From an uncultured Acidimicrobiales bacterium (GTDB lineage: Bacteria > Actinomycetota > Acidimicrobiia > Acidimicrobiales > Poriferisodalaceae), in assembly GCA_964424585.1 (NCBI GenBank), contig CAYRJD010000031.1, forward strand, positions 2,352 through 66,351: 64,000 bases of DNA. Direction: 5' to 3'. The position numbers were made by a program, and so were the translations under genes. Each line of letters opens with the position of its first letter. Position 1 is the first letter of the stretch. Below, piece by piece: positions 17,926 through 27,977 of the stretch. The notes under the pieces are model-generated. The model made no database searches. It was not told the DNA's origin and was given only the letters and a program-made list of their open reading frames with translations.

Positions 17926-18012
17926 ATGTCGAAGAAGACGAAGAAGCGCAAGCTGCGCGCGAGACGCAGCAAGGCCAACCACGGCAAGCGCCCAAACACG
18001 GGCCGGGGCTAG
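17926..18012 (+). CDS. 50S ribosomal protein bL37 (28-aa basic peptide)
   Basis: MSKKTKKRKLRARRSKANHGKRPNTGRG. The KANHGKRPN core matches my recollection of mycobacterial bL37. It is the internal ATG of track ORF 17566-18012. Confidence 0.6.
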   Translation: MSKKTKKRKLRARRSKANHGKRPNTGRG

Positions 18013-18893
18013 CCGTCGGCCGAGTCGTTGACGACTGGCACACCGCTGCGCCGGTCGATCTCGTCGAGGATCGGCTGGCTGACCAGCTCGCCGCCGTAGT
18101 AGGTGTAGTGAACGCCGTCGGCTGTGCGCACGTTCTTGCCGTTGAGGCTGCGGGTGAAGCGTCCTTGCGGTGACACGATCGCGGCGGCGTCGACGAACGT
18201 GGCTCGGGGGAACTCGTCAACCACCTCGGCGACCAGCGGGTTCGCCAACGCCGCGAAGCTGCGCAAGCCGGGCGGCTGCAAGTGCGGAATGCCGACCCAC
18301 ACCAGCAGCCGGCCGGGCCGGTCGGCAGCGCGCAGCAGCGCTCTCACGGCGTCGCGATACAGCTCCTTCCACGCGTCGGTGCCCGCCGCGTGCTCGAGGT
18401 GGCCGCGGAACCGTTGATTGTCGTTCCCACCGATGCTCAGCACGATGACGTCGTAGCCGCCCTCTGACACCTCGGCTGCCATGTACTCGGGCCAGTCGAA
18501 ATACCAAGGCGAGACGTTGCCGGTCGACTTGCGGATGTCTTCGGTGATGACGAAGCGCTCATCTTCGCCGCGCAGCGTCATCATGCCGAACACCGCGCCT
18601 CCGACGAGTGAGTCGCCGCCGATGTAGACGTGCAGCGGGCTCTCGCCGGTCGGCACCTCGAGCAGCGACCGACGGTCTGCGCGCGCGAAGTAGTAGTAGG
18701 CCTCGGCGCCGACAAGGCCGGACTGGGCTTGCGGCGCGGGCCACAGCAGCGCCGGATCGACCGAGCTGACGTGAGCCGACGAGGGCGGTTCGACTTGGCT
18801 AGCAGCGTCTGGCTGAGCCGACGCCGACGCCGGCAGCGATGCGATCAACCAAGCCGCAACGGCTATCGGCCGCAGAGCGTGGCGTCTACCCAC
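18009..18893 (-). CDS. secreted SGNH/GDSL-family hydrolase (DUF459-like)
   Basis: Signal-like AVAAWLIASLPASASA, then SGNH blocks IGGDSLV, SIGGNDN and DGVHYT. The start GTG 18893 overlaps the upstream stop (GTGGGTAG); the first ~85 codons of the track ORF are shadow. Confidence 0.7.
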   Translation of the reverse strand: MGRRHALRPIAVAAWLIASLPASASAQPDAASQVEPPSSAHVSSVDPALLWPAPQAQSGLVGAEAYYYFARADRRSLLEVPTGESPLHVYIGGDSLVGGAVFGMMTLRGEDERFVITEDIRKSTGNVSPWYFDWPEYMAAEVSEGGYDVIVLSIGGNDNQRFRGHLEHAAGTDAWKELYRDAVRALLRAADRPGRLLVWVGIPHLQPPGLRSFAALANPLVAEVVDEFPRATFVDAAAIVSPQGRFTRSLNGKNVRTADGVHYTYYGGELVSQPILDEIDRRSGVPVVNDSADG

Positions 18894-20058
18894 CGACGAG
18901 GGTGACCACGCCGCGCAGCTCTTCGAGCAGGCGTTCCGACAGCAGCTCGCCGCCTTCGGTGCTGAAGTGGATGCCGTCGGTGAGCCGGGCGTCGATGCGC
19001 TGGCCGTTGGGCGTGTCGACGAACCGGCTGTACCCGCCGCCGGGGCCCTCGAACAGCTCATAGGTGCGCACGTAGTGGACACGCTCACGCTTGGCGGCTT
19101 CGCTCGCGTAGATCGCGTCGAGCTCGCGCATCTTGTCCTCGAAGCCACCATCGCGCATCGGCGGCAGCCCGACCCAGAGCACCTGACGTCGCGGCTCTGC
19201 GGTCGCGATGTCCATCATCGCGCCCACCCGCGACGCGTACTCCGCGACCCACGCGTCGGAGAAGGGCTGCACGTTTCCGTTCGCGGTCACCAGCCCTTGC
19301 GCGTCGTTGCCGCCGAACATCAAGATGACGACGTCGGCGTCGTCGGCCGCGAGAATCTCGGTGAGACGCTCGGGCCAGTTGAAGTAGTCGGGGCGACTCA
19401 GCCCGCTCGAAATCTCGCTGTCGGTTTCCGCGCTGATCACGCCGGTGTCGTTGGCGACGCTCACCATCTCATCGCCGAAGAAGTGAACGAGCGAGTCGCC
19501 CAGCACCAGCAACCGCAGCGGATCGTCCTCCGTGCCCACGAGCTGGTCGACGGCAGCGGCGGCGGGAGGCTCGTCGCTAGCCGGCGTCTCGTCGTCGGCC
19601 AGCACGACCGACGGGCTGTCAGGTGCTGGCCCGCTCGGCTCGGGTTGCGTCGCCTGGCTCGGAGCGCCCGCGGGGTCGTCGGCTGGCTCGTCGGCTGGCG
19701 TTGCAGTCACGGCGGCGTCGTCGGCGATGGTTGCCTCGTCGTCGGCCGGAGCGGACGCAGCCGAGGTTGCTGGGTCGTCGCCGACCGAGGCGAGCGTGTC
19801 TTCGCGGTTCATCGCCTGCGCCAGCCACAGCCGCGGCAGGTGCAGCCCGACGGCGCTCGCGACGGTCTCGACGGGCTCCCACACCGCCAGCGAAACGTCG
19901 CGCGGCCAGCCCAGCGGTTTGGTCTGCGCGTCGCGCAGCAGCGCTTGTGAGTTCAACAGCGCGGCCAGCACCAACGCCAGCAAGCCGATGAGCAGCACTC
20001 GTCCAGCTGGCGACGAGTTCGTCGAGCGGGCGCGCGCCTCGGTGGTCTCGGATCGCAT
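18886..20058 (-). CDS. membrane-anchored SGNH/GDSL-family hydrolase with acidic Pro/Ala-rich linker
   Basis: TM helix VLLIGLLALVLAALL and SGNH blocks LGDSLV, FGGNDAQ and DGIHFS. ATG 20058 overlaps the MBOAT stop by 1 nt (TGATG). Confidence 0.7.
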   Translation of the reverse strand: MRSETTEARARSTNSSPAGRVLLIGLLALVLAALLNSQALLRDAQTKPLGWPRDVSLAVWEPVETVASAVGLHLPRLWLAQAMNREDTLASVGDDPATSAASAPADDEATIADDAAVTATPADEPADDPAGAPSQATQPEPSGPAPDSPSVVLADDETPASDEPPAAAAVDQLVGTEDDPLRLLVLGDSLVHFFGDEMVSVANDTGVISAETDSEISSGLSRPDYFNWPERLTEILAADDADVVILMFGGNDAQGLVTANGNVQPFSDAWVAEYASRVGAMMDIATAEPRRQVLWVGLPPMRDGGFEDKMRELDAIYASEAAKRERVHYVRTYELFEGPGGGYSRFVDTPNGQRIDARLTDGIHFSTEGGELLSERLLEELRGVVTLVGG

Positions 20059-21515
20059 CAAAACTGGAAGTAGATGAACGGGGCCACGCCGGACGGGCCG
20101 AGCGCGTCGATGAGCACCAGCGCCACGGCGAGGCCGGCTGCCTGCACCAGCCACGAGGCACGAGACGCCGCGACGTCGAACGTCTCGCGCAGCGCGACGG
20201 GCGTGAACTGCGTCGCCAGCGCGCCGAACACCACGGCCAGCAGCAGCGGGCTGATGACGCCAGCCGAGGTGCCGAACTCGCCCAGCTGAGCGAGCACGTC
20301 TACCGCCTCACCCAGCGTCTCGGCCCGGAAGAACACCCAGCCGAAGCACACGATGTGAAACGTCAGCAACCACCGAGCGGTGTCTCCGATCGGCGACGGC
20401 CCCTTCGGGCGGCCGCCGCGCCCGCTCCACCAGGTTGAGATCAGCCGCTCGGCCACCAGCGCGACGCCGTGGATGCCGCCCCAGATCACGAAGTTCCACG
20501 TGGCGCCGTGCCACAGGCCGCCCAGCAGCATCGTGATCATCAAGTTGCGGAACGTGAACAGCGAGCCGCCGCGGCTGCCGCCGAGCGGAATGTAGAGGTA
20601 GTCGCGCAGCCAGCGCGACAACGTCATGTGCCAGCGACGCCAGAACTCACGTATTGACAGCGCCCGGTAGGGCGCGTCGAAGTTCTGCGGAAACCGAAAG
20701 CCCAGCAGCAACGCGACGCCGATGGCGATGTCGGTGTAGCCGGAGAAGTCGGCGTAGATCTGCACGGCGTACGCGTATACGCCGACCGCCACCTCAACCC
20801 CGCTGTGCGCTTCCGGGTTGGCGAACACGTCGTCGACGATCTCGGTCGCGAGGTACGACGAGATGACGACCTTCTTGAAGAGCCCCAGCAAGATGAGGCG
20901 AAACGCTTCGGCGGACGGCACGTAGCGCGGGTCGGGCTGGGCGGCGAGCTGCGGTCCGAACTCGCTGGCCCGCACGATGGGGCCTGCGACCAGCTGCGGG
21001 AAGAACGAGAGGTAGACCGCGAAGTCGAGCGGCTCCATCGTCTCGATCTGGCCTCGCCCGACGTCGATGACGTAGCTCATTGCCTGGAACGTGAAGAACG
21101 AGATGCCGACCGGCAGCGTGTAGTCGAGCACACCCAGCGACCCTTCGATGCCGATGCGGGCCAGCAGGTTCGACAGCTCGACCGAGAAGAAGTCGAAGTA
21201 CTTGAACGTGCCCAAAATGAGCAGGTTCGCACTCACGCCGCCGCGCACCCACCACCGCGCGGCGGTGTGATTGGCGAGCCGACGCGCGGCGCTGGCTCGG
21301 TCGGCCGCGACCCAGTTGATGACAATGGCGGCCACCAGCAAGAGCACGAAGCGCCAGCTCCAGTAGCCGTAGAAGTAGAAGCTGAACCCCAGCATCAGCC
21401 ACTTCCATACGGCGCCGAAAGGTCGCGTCAGCCAGTAGACGGCGAACACCGTTACGAAAAACAGCGCGAACGCCAGCGTGGGGAACAACATCGGCAAACC
21501 GAAGGTACCGCTCAA
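20058..21515 (-). CDS. MBOAT family O-acyltransferase (AlgI/DltB/PatA-like)
   Basis: Polytopic, with the RRWHMTLSRWLRDYLYIPLGG catalytic-His motif. The track start is a TTG; an ATG 8 codons downstream is also possible. Confidence 0.85.
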   Translation of the reverse strand: MSGTFGLPMLFPTLAFALFFVTVFAVYWLTRPFGAVWKWLMLGFSFYFYGYWSWRFVLLLVAAIVINWVAADRASAARRLANHTAARWWVRGGVSANLLILGTFKYFDFFSVELSNLLARIGIEGSLGVLDYTLPVGISFFTFQAMSYVIDVGRGQIETMEPLDFAVYLSFFPQLVAGPIVRASEFGPQLAAQPDPRYVPSAEAFRLILLGLFKKVVISSYLATEIVDDVFANPEAHSGVEVAVGVYAYAVQIYADFSGYTDIAIGVALLLGFRFPQNFDAPYRALSIREFWRRWHMTLSRWLRDYLYIPLGGSRGGSLFTFRNLMITMLLGGLWHGATWNFVIWGGIHGVALVAERLISTWWSGRGGRPKGPSPIGDTARWLLTFHIVCFGWVFFRAETLGEAVDVLAQLGEFGTSAGVISPLLLAVVFGALATQFTPVALRETFDVAASRASWLVQAAGLAVALVLIDALGPSGVAPFIYFQF

Positions 21516-21535
21516 CGGCTTGCCAAGATTGGCAT

Positions 21536-23368
21536 GTGAGCCGCTCAGGTGACGAACAGATTGCCGCCGTGCTGGCCCACCGGCGGGCGCTGGCGACGGC
21601 GTGGTTGGAGGTCGACCCCGATGCGCGCACCGCGGCGGCGACCCGAGAGCACCTAGACGACGACGGCTGGCTCGCCGAACACTTTGGCGACGCGCTGCGC
21701 TTTGGCACCGCCGGCCTGCGGGCGCCGATGGGACCAGGGCCAGCGCGCATGAACCGCGTGATCGTCAGGCTGGCCGCCCGAGCCGTCGCGCGAGTGCTCG
21801 ACGCTCAAGGGTTGGCCGACGCAGGCGTGGTGGTCGGTTTCGACGCGCGCTTCGGGTCGCGCGAGATGGCTGCCGACGCGGCGCGCGTGCTCGCAGCGAT
21901 GAGCGTCGCGGCGACGCTGATCGACGAGCCGGTGCCGACGCCGGTGGTCGCGTACCTGGCCCTCGAGCGGCGCTGCGGCGCTGCGCTGGTGCTCACCGCG
22001 AGCCACAACCCAAGCGCCGACAACGGGCTGAAGGTGTACTGGGCCGACGGCACGCAAATCAGGCCGCCGCTCGATACGGCGATCGAGGCGCAGTTCAACC
22101 TGGCCAGCCTCAGCGGGCCTGCCGGCCACTCTCTGGTGACCGACGCCGACCTCGCGCCGATCAACCACGTGACGATGCTCGAAGCACGCTTCGCGGTCGC
22201 GTCGTACGTGGGCGCCGCCATCTCGCCTCTCGCCCAAGAAGCTGGCGCGCAAGCCGACGCTCAGGCTCGCTCACAGGCGCCCGCGAGCTCGGAGTTCAGA
22301 ATCGCCTACACCGCGATGTTCGGCGTGGGCGCCGCGACGATCAGCGCCGCGTTCGCGGTGGCTGGCTTGGCCCAACCGGTGTGGGTAGAGAGCCAGTGCG
22401 AGCCCGACCCGACGTTCGGGGGCATGGAGTTTCCCAACCCGGAAGAACCGGGTGCGCTAGATGAAGCCATCGGCGTCGCGCAGCGTCACGGCGTCGCGCT
22501 GGTGCTGGCGAACGACCCCGACGCAGATCGGCTGGCCGTCGCCGCGCACGCCCGCGGCGAGTGGCACCTGCTCACCGGCGACCAGATCGGCTTGCTGTTG
22601 TGCGACCACCTCTGCGCGCGCCGCGCGGGCTCGGCCCCCGGGTTGTATAGGGACTCGTCGCGCGACCTTCTCGCCGCGTCGTCGGTCGTTTCAGGCTCGG
22701 CCGTCGAGGCGTTGTGCCGCAGCCGGGGCGTCGTGCACGTGCGCACGCTGACCGGCTTCAAGTGGGTGATGGAGGCGCGCATCGCTCACCCAGACGCCGA
22801 CTGGGTGTTCGGCTACGAGGAAGCGCTCGGCTACTCGGTCGGCGACGCCGTGATGGACAAAGACGGCGTGTCGGCTGCGGTCGAGTTCGCCCGCCTCGCG
22901 CAGCGCCTAGCTGCGCGCGGCGCCACCGTCGTCGATCGCCTAGACGAGCTTGCGGGCGAGATCGGCGCGTTCGAGACCGCCAACGTGAGCGTGCGCGCGT
23001 CGGGTGCCGACGCGATGGCTCAGCAGGCACGTCAGATCGCCGCGCTAGCTACGTCGCCGCCGACGCACGTCGGCAGGTTCGCCGTCAGCTCGGTCGTCGA
23101 CTGGAACCAGCAGCAGCCGCCGATGCAAACCAACCTCGTCGAGCTGCGTCTCGACGACGACGAACGCTCGGCTGGCTCGCGCACCGCGCGACGGGTGGCT
23201 GCTCGGCCGAGCGGCACCGAGCCGAAGATGAAGCTCTACCTAGAGGTCGCCGCGCCGGGCCGTCAAGCCGACCCCGCCGCTGCCCGCGCAGCGTGTCGAG
23301 CCGAGCTGGACGAGCTGCGCGGCGCGGCGCTAGAGCTGCTCAACGCCGAACCCAAATGGCGCGCCTAG
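21536..23368 (+). CDS. phospho-sugar mutase (phosphomannomutase/phosphoglucomutase family)
   Basis: LVLTASHNPSADNGLKVY active-site Ser loop, FPNPEEPGALD and RPSGTEPKMKLY phosphate-binding loop. Confidence 0.85.
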   Translation: MSRSGDEQIAAVLAHRRALATAWLEVDPDARTAAATREHLDDDGWLAEHFGDALRFGTAGLRAPMGPGPARMNRVIVRLAARAVARVLDAQGLADAGVVVGFDARFGSREMAADAARVLAAMSVAATLIDEPVPTPVVAYLALERRCGAALVLTASHNPSADNGLKVYWADGTQIRPPLDTAIEAQFNLASLSGPAGHSLVTDADLAPINHVTMLEARFAVASYVGAAISPLAQEAGAQADAQARSQAPASSEFRIAYTAMFGVGAATISAAFAVAGLAQPVWVESQCEPDPTFGGMEFPNPEEPGALDEAIGVAQRHGVALVLANDPDADRLAVAAHARGEWHLLTGDQIGLLLCDHLCARRAGSAPGLYRDSSRDLLAASSVVSGSAVEALCRSRGVVHVRTLTGFKWVMEARIAHPDADWVFGYEEALGYSVGDAVMDKDGVSAAVEFARLAQRLAARGATVVDRLDELAGEIGAFETANVSVRASGADAMAQQARQIAALATSPPTHVGRFAVSSVVDWNQQQPPMQTNLVELRLDDDERSAGSRTARRVAARPSGTEPKMKLYLEVAAPGRQADPAAARAACRAELDELRGAALELLNAEPKWRA

Positions 23369-23404
23369 CTAGTATCGCCCCTGTCAATCTGACTGGGGGA
23401 AACG

Positions 23405-24646
23405 ATGGACCCGACCTACTCCGATGAAGCCGAGGGCTACCGCGAGAAAATCCAGGCGTTCTTGGGCGAGCACCTGCCGAGCAACTGGCGCGGCATCGGC
23501 CACCTCGACGACGCCGAGCGCGAGACGTTTACCGAAGAGTGGCGCGCGCTGCTGGCCGACAATCAGCTGCTGGCGGTGTCGTGGCCGACCGAGTACGGCG
23601 GCGCCGGGCTGAGCGAGGTCGAGCGGGTCGTGCTCGCCGAAGAGTTCACCAAGGCCGGCGTGCCTCAAGGCAACGACAACGACGGCTTCTCGATCACGAT
23701 GGTCGGCAACGCCATCATCGAGTGCGGCACCGAAGAGCAGAAGCGCCACTTCCTGCCGCGCATCATCAGCGGCGAAGACCGCTGGTGTCAGGGCTACAGC
23801 GAACCCGACTCAGGCTCCGACCTCGCCAACTTGGGCACGCGGGCCACCCTCGACGGCGACGAGTGGGTGATCAACGGCCAGAAGATCTGGACGTCGAGCG
23901 GCCACACCGCGAACTGGATTTTCGTGCTGTGCCGCACCAACCCCGAAGCGCCCAAGCACAAGGGCATCAGCTTTCTGCTGGTGCCGATGAGCCAGCCCGG
24001 CGTCGAGCTGCGTCCCATCATCAACATCAACAACCGTCACGACTTCAACGAGGTGTTCTTCACCGACGCGAAGACGCCCAAGCAGAACGTCGTGGGCGAC
24101 GTCAACGACGGCTGGCGGGTCGCGAACGTGCTGCTGGGCTTCGAACGAGGCCACGGCGCCACCACCGACGCGCTGCGGTTCCGCGACGAACTCGACCGCA
24201 TCACCGCGCAAGCGCAAGAGCGCCACCTCACCGCCGATCCGCTGCTGCGCCAAGACCTCGCCCGCGCGCACAGCAAGGTTGAAATCATGAAGTGGCTCGG
24301 CCAGCGAGGCGTGAGCCGCGTGCTGGCCGGCCACGCGCCCGGCCCGGAAAGCTCGCTCCACAAGCTGCTGTGGAGCGAGTATCACCAGGAGGTCACCGAA
24401 CTCTCCATGCAGATTCTCGGAACCGAAGCGACCGCACCGAGCGGGCACCCCGCGAGCAGCGGCATCAACACCGACTCGGTGGGGTCGGCGTTTTCAAGCC
24501 TCTCGTGGGTGCAGACGTTCATGGGCGCCCGCCCCGGCACGATCTACGCGGGCACGTCTGAGGTGCAGCGCAACATCATCGGCGACCGCGTGCTGGGGTT
24601 GCCACGAGAACCGAGGGCCGACGGCGGCCCGTGGAAGCAGGGCTAA
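23405..24646 (+). CDS. acyl-CoA dehydrogenase
   Basis: GYSEPDSGSDLANLGTRATLDGDEWVINGQKIWTS and C-terminal IYAGTSEVQRNIIG. Confidence 0.9.
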   Translation: MDPTYSDEAEGYREKIQAFLGEHLPSNWRGIGHLDDAERETFTEEWRALLADNQLLAVSWPTEYGGAGLSEVERVVLAEEFTKAGVPQGNDNDGFSITMVGNAIIECGTEEQKRHFLPRIISGEDRWCQGYSEPDSGSDLANLGTRATLDGDEWVINGQKIWTSSGHTANWIFVLCRTNPEAPKHKGISFLLVPMSQPGVELRPIININNRHDFNEVFFTDAKTPKQNVVGDVNDGWRVANVLLGFERGHGATTDALRFRDELDRITAQAQERHLTADPLLRQDLARAHSKVEIMKWLGQRGVSRVLAGHAPGPESSLHKLLWSEYHQEVTELSMQILGTEATAPSGHPASSGINTDSVGSAFSSLSWVQTFMGARPGTIYAGTSEVQRNIIGDRVLGLPREPRADGGPWKQG

Positions 24647-24648
24647 AC

Positions 24649-25419
24649 ATGGAACTACGACTTCACGGCAAGACCGCGCTCGTCACCGGCGGCTCCGCCG
24701 GCATAGGCAAGGGCATAGCCAAGGCGTTCGCAGACGCCGGCGCGAACGTGATGATCACCAGCCGTAAGGCAGACAAGTGCGAGGCTGCAGTGGCCGACAT
24801 CGGCGGCGAGAGCGACTTCATCGCCAGCCACATCGGCCACCTCGACGAAGCCGACCGCGTGATCGACGGCACGATCGAACGCTACGGATCGCTCGACGTG
24901 CTGGTCAACAACGCCGCGACCAACCCGTGGGCAGGCCCGATGATCGACTGCGACGTGCCGCGGCTCGACAAGACGTATGAGGTCAACCTGCGGGCGCCTC
25001 TGCAGTGGACGCAAGTGGCCTGGCAGCGCTGGATGAAAGAGCATGGCGGCTGCGTCATCCACATCGCGTCGGTTGGAGGTCACAAGACCAGCGAAGCGCT
25101 GGGCGTCTACTGCATGTTTAAAGACGCGCTCATGCACATGACCAAGCAGCTCGCGGCCGAGATGGGCCCGGGCGTGCGAGTCAACTGCATCGCTCCGGGG
25201 CTCATTCGCACCGACTTCGCTCGCGTGCTGTGGGACGGCCCGCGCGGCCAAGCGATAGCCGATCAGCTGCCGCTCGGCCGGCTGGGCGAGCCGTCAGACA
25301 TCGGTGAGGCCGCGCTGTTTCTGGCTGCCGGCGCGAGCTGGATGACCGGGCACGTGATGGACATCGACGGAGGCGAGATCGTCAAGATCTCGGGCGAACT
25401 TCCGCTCGAACAGCACTGA
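24649..25419 (+). CDS. SDR family oxidoreductase
   Basis: GKTALVTGGSAGIGKGIA (TGxxxGxG), NNAA, Y-x3-K (YCMFKDAL). ATG 24649 follows the ACAD stop by 2 nt. Confidence 0.9.
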   Translation: MELRLHGKTALVTGGSAGIGKGIAKAFADAGANVMITSRKADKCEAAVADIGGESDFIASHIGHLDEADRVIDGTIERYGSLDVLVNNAATNPWAGPMIDCDVPRLDKTYEVNLRAPLQWTQVAWQRWMKEHGGCVIHIASVGGHKTSEALGVYCMFKDALMHMTKQLAAEMGPGVRVNCIAPGLIRTDFARVLWDGPRGQAIADQLPLGRLGEPSDIGEAALFLAAGASWMTGHVMDIDGGEIVKISGELPLEQH

Positions 25420-25508
25420 GCACTGCGCGCTCAAATGACCCAGACGAAGGGCTGCTGTTAGACCCGATAGCCGACAAACCCAAGCGAGAGCCGTTCCGCG
25501 GCTGGAAG

Positions 25509-26717
25509 GTGGTCGGCGCTGGCGCGGTCATTCAGGGGCTGCAGAGCGCGCTGATCCTCCAGGCGCTGGGCAGCTACCTGGTTGTGCTGGAGAGCGCGTT
25601 CGGTTGGTCGAAGTCCGCGCTGTCGGCGGCGTACTCGATGAACCGCGCCGAGTCCGCGCTGTTAGGTCCGCTGCAGGGCTGGCTGCTCGACCGCTACGGC
25701 CCGCGGCGCATCGCCCGCACCGGCGCGGTGCTGCTGGCGTGCGGCTTCGTCGCGTTCAGCCAGGTCAACGCGCTGTGGCAGTTCTTCGCCGCGTTCGTGT
25801 TCGTGTCGGTCGGCGCCGGCTTCTGCGGGTTCCTCACGGTCACGCTCGCAATCGTGCGCTGGTTCGAGCGGCGTCGGGCGCGGGCGCTGGCGATGGGCAG
25901 CATGGGGTTCGCGCTCGGCGGCGCGTGCGTGCCGCTGGTAGTGCTGGCGATCGAGACGTTCGGCTGGCGTTGGACCGCTGGCGCGACCGGCGTCGGCGCG
26001 TCGGCGATCATCTGGCTGCTGGCTGGGCTGCTCGAAGGTCGGCCTGCGGATTTCGGCGTGCAGGTCGACGGCGCTGCCCCGGCGGGCGGCACCAGACGCG
26101 CGGAGGGAGTGTCTGACCGGCACTTCACGGCCGCAGAGGCGGTGCGGACGCGCGCGTTTTGGATGATCTCGCTGGGGCACATGAGCGCGCTGTTCGCGGT
26201 CGGCGCGGTGCTGGCTCACCTGCAGCTGTACCTCACGTCAGACCGGGGCTACACGCTGGGCGAAGCGTCGATCGTGGCTGGCGCGCTGCCGGTCATGCAG
26301 ATGGTGGGCATGGCGCTGGGCGGATGGCTGGGCGACCGCATCAACAAGCGGCTCATCGCGACGACGGCGATGCTGGGCCACGCCGCCGGGCTGCTGCTGC
26401 TGGCGTGGGGCGTCAACCTGGCTGCGATCGTGGCGTTCGTGCTGCTGCACGGCCTCGCGTGGGGCGCGCGGGGCCCGCTCATGCAGGCGCTGCGCGCCGA
26501 CTACTTCGGGTCGTCCAGCTTCGGCGCGATCATGGGCATCAGCTCGATGATCGTGATGCTGGGCACCGTGCTGGGGCCGCTGGTGGCTGGCATCGCCGCG
26601 GACGTCGCCAGCTACCGCTGGGGCTTCGTGGTGCTGGCGGCGTTCACCGGCGCGGGCATGATCTTCTTCGTGCTGGCGACTCCGCCGAAGCTGCCGCAGC
26701 GGGCGGCGACGTGCTAG
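25509..26717 (+). CDS. MFS transporter
   Basis: About 12 hydrophobic segments and the GPLQGWLLDRYGPRR loop 2-3 motif. The start is uncertain: the frame stays open upstream, but only CTG/TTA codons occur there. Confidence 0.8.
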   Translation: MVGAGAVIQGLQSALILQALGSYLVVLESAFGWSKSALSAAYSMNRAESALLGPLQGWLLDRYGPRRIARTGAVLLACGFVAFSQVNALWQFFAAFVFVSVGAGFCGFLTVTLAIVRWFERRRARALAMGSMGFALGGACVPLVVLAIETFGWRWTAGATGVGASAIIWLLAGLLEGRPADFGVQVDGAAPAGGTRRAEGVSDRHFTAAEAVRTRAFWMISLGHMSALFAVGAVLAHLQLYLTSDRGYTLGEASIVAGALPVMQMVGMALGGWLGDRINKRLIATTAMLGHAAGLLLLAWGVNLAAIVAFVLLHGLAWGARGPLMQALRADYFGSSSFGAIMGISSMIVMLGTVLGPLVAGIAADVASYRWGFVVLAAFTGAGMIFFVLATPPKLPQRAATC

Positions 26718-26756
26718 ATGTAGCCCCAATGAGAGCAACCCAGTGAGAGCAACCCA

Positions 26757-27965
26757 GTGAGTCAGGGCCCGCCGGCGGGCAGCGCCCCCAGCCCCCTCGC
26801 AGGCATCCGAGTGCTCGACATGAGCCGCGTGCTAGCCGGGCCGTTCGCCGGTCGCATCTTGTCTGACCTGGGTGCTGAGGTCGTCAAGCTGGAGCCGCCG
26901 GAAGGCGACGTCACCCGCAACTGGGGTCGAGTGCGCGCCGGGCTGGCTGGCTACTACACGCAACAAAACGTCGGCAAGCGCAACGTCAGCATCGACCTGT
27001 CAGCCGAAGGCGGGCCTGAGCTGGTGCGCCAGCTGGCGACGCGCTGCCACATCCTCATCGAAAACTTTCGCCCCGGTGTGATGGCTCGCTACGGCATCGG
27101 CTTCGACGACTTGCTGGCTGTCAACCCATCGCTGGTGATGCTGTCGATCAGCGGTTTCGGCCAGGACGGCCCCGAGAGCAGCCGGGCTGCGTACGCGCCG
27201 ATCTTGCACGGCGAGTCTGGGTGGCTGCGTCGGCACGCCGACTGGGTAGAGCGTCCGCTGGTCGACATGAACCTCTCGGTCGCCGACACCAACGCGTCGC
27301 TGCACGGCGTCATCGGCATACTGGCGGCGCTGCGCACCGCCGAGCAGACGGGCGTGGGCCAGCACATCGACATCGCGATGCTCGACGCGTTCTTGGCGAC
27401 CGACGACGCGAGCCACGCGGGCCTCGACGACGTGGCTTACGTGGGCCAAGGCGGGCTGGTGTGGGACGCGACCGACGGTCCGGTGCTGACCGCAGGCGAC
27501 TTCCGCTGGATCTGGCGACGCTTGAGCGAGACGCACGGCTTGGTGTCCACCGAGCCCGACGACGCGGACGTGGCCGCCAAGCGCGAGCACCGAACGCGCG
27601 CGATCGAAGCGTTTCTCACGTCGTTCGCGAACCGAGCCGAGATGACCGCTGCGCTCGATGAGGCGGGCCTCGCGTGGGGCAACCTCAACACCACCGCCGA
27701 GGCTTACGAGACGCCTACCGCGCTGCATCGCAAGTCGTCGGTCGAGATCGACGCGCGCGACGGCGGCACGCGGCGGGTGCCTCAGACGCCGTACCGCTTT
27801 TCGGGCGCGACGTCGGGCGTGCAGGCGGGCGCCACCGCGCCGCATCGAGGCGAGCACAACGCGGATGTGCTGGCGTCGTGGCTGAACCTCGGCGCGCACG
27901 AACTCGAGGCGCTCGCTGATGCCGGGGTGATAACTGCTGAGCACCGAGGTGCGACTGGCGCGTAA
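26757..27965 (+). CDS. family III CoA-transferase (CaiB/BaiF)
   Basis: PLAGIRVLDMSRVLAGPFAGRILSDLGAEVVKLEPPEGDVTR N-terminal signature. Confidence 0.85.
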   Translation: MSQGPPAGSAPSPLAGIRVLDMSRVLAGPFAGRILSDLGAEVVKLEPPEGDVTRNWGRVRAGLAGYYTQQNVGKRNVSIDLSAEGGPELVRQLATRCHILIENFRPGVMARYGIGFDDLLAVNPSLVMLSISGFGQDGPESSRAAYAPILHGESGWLRRHADWVERPLVDMNLSVADTNASLHGVIGILAALRTAEQTGVGQHIDIAMLDAFLATDDASHAGLDDVAYVGQGGLVWDATDGPVLTAGDFRWIWRRLSETHGLVSTEPDDADVAAKREHRTRAIEAFLTSFANRAEMTAALDEAGLAWGNLNTTAEAYETPTALHRKSSVEIDARDGGTRRVPQTPYRFSGATSGVQAGATAPHRGEHNADVLASWLNLGAHELEALADAGVITAEHRGATGA

Positions 27966-27977
27966 CTTTGGCGAGCT

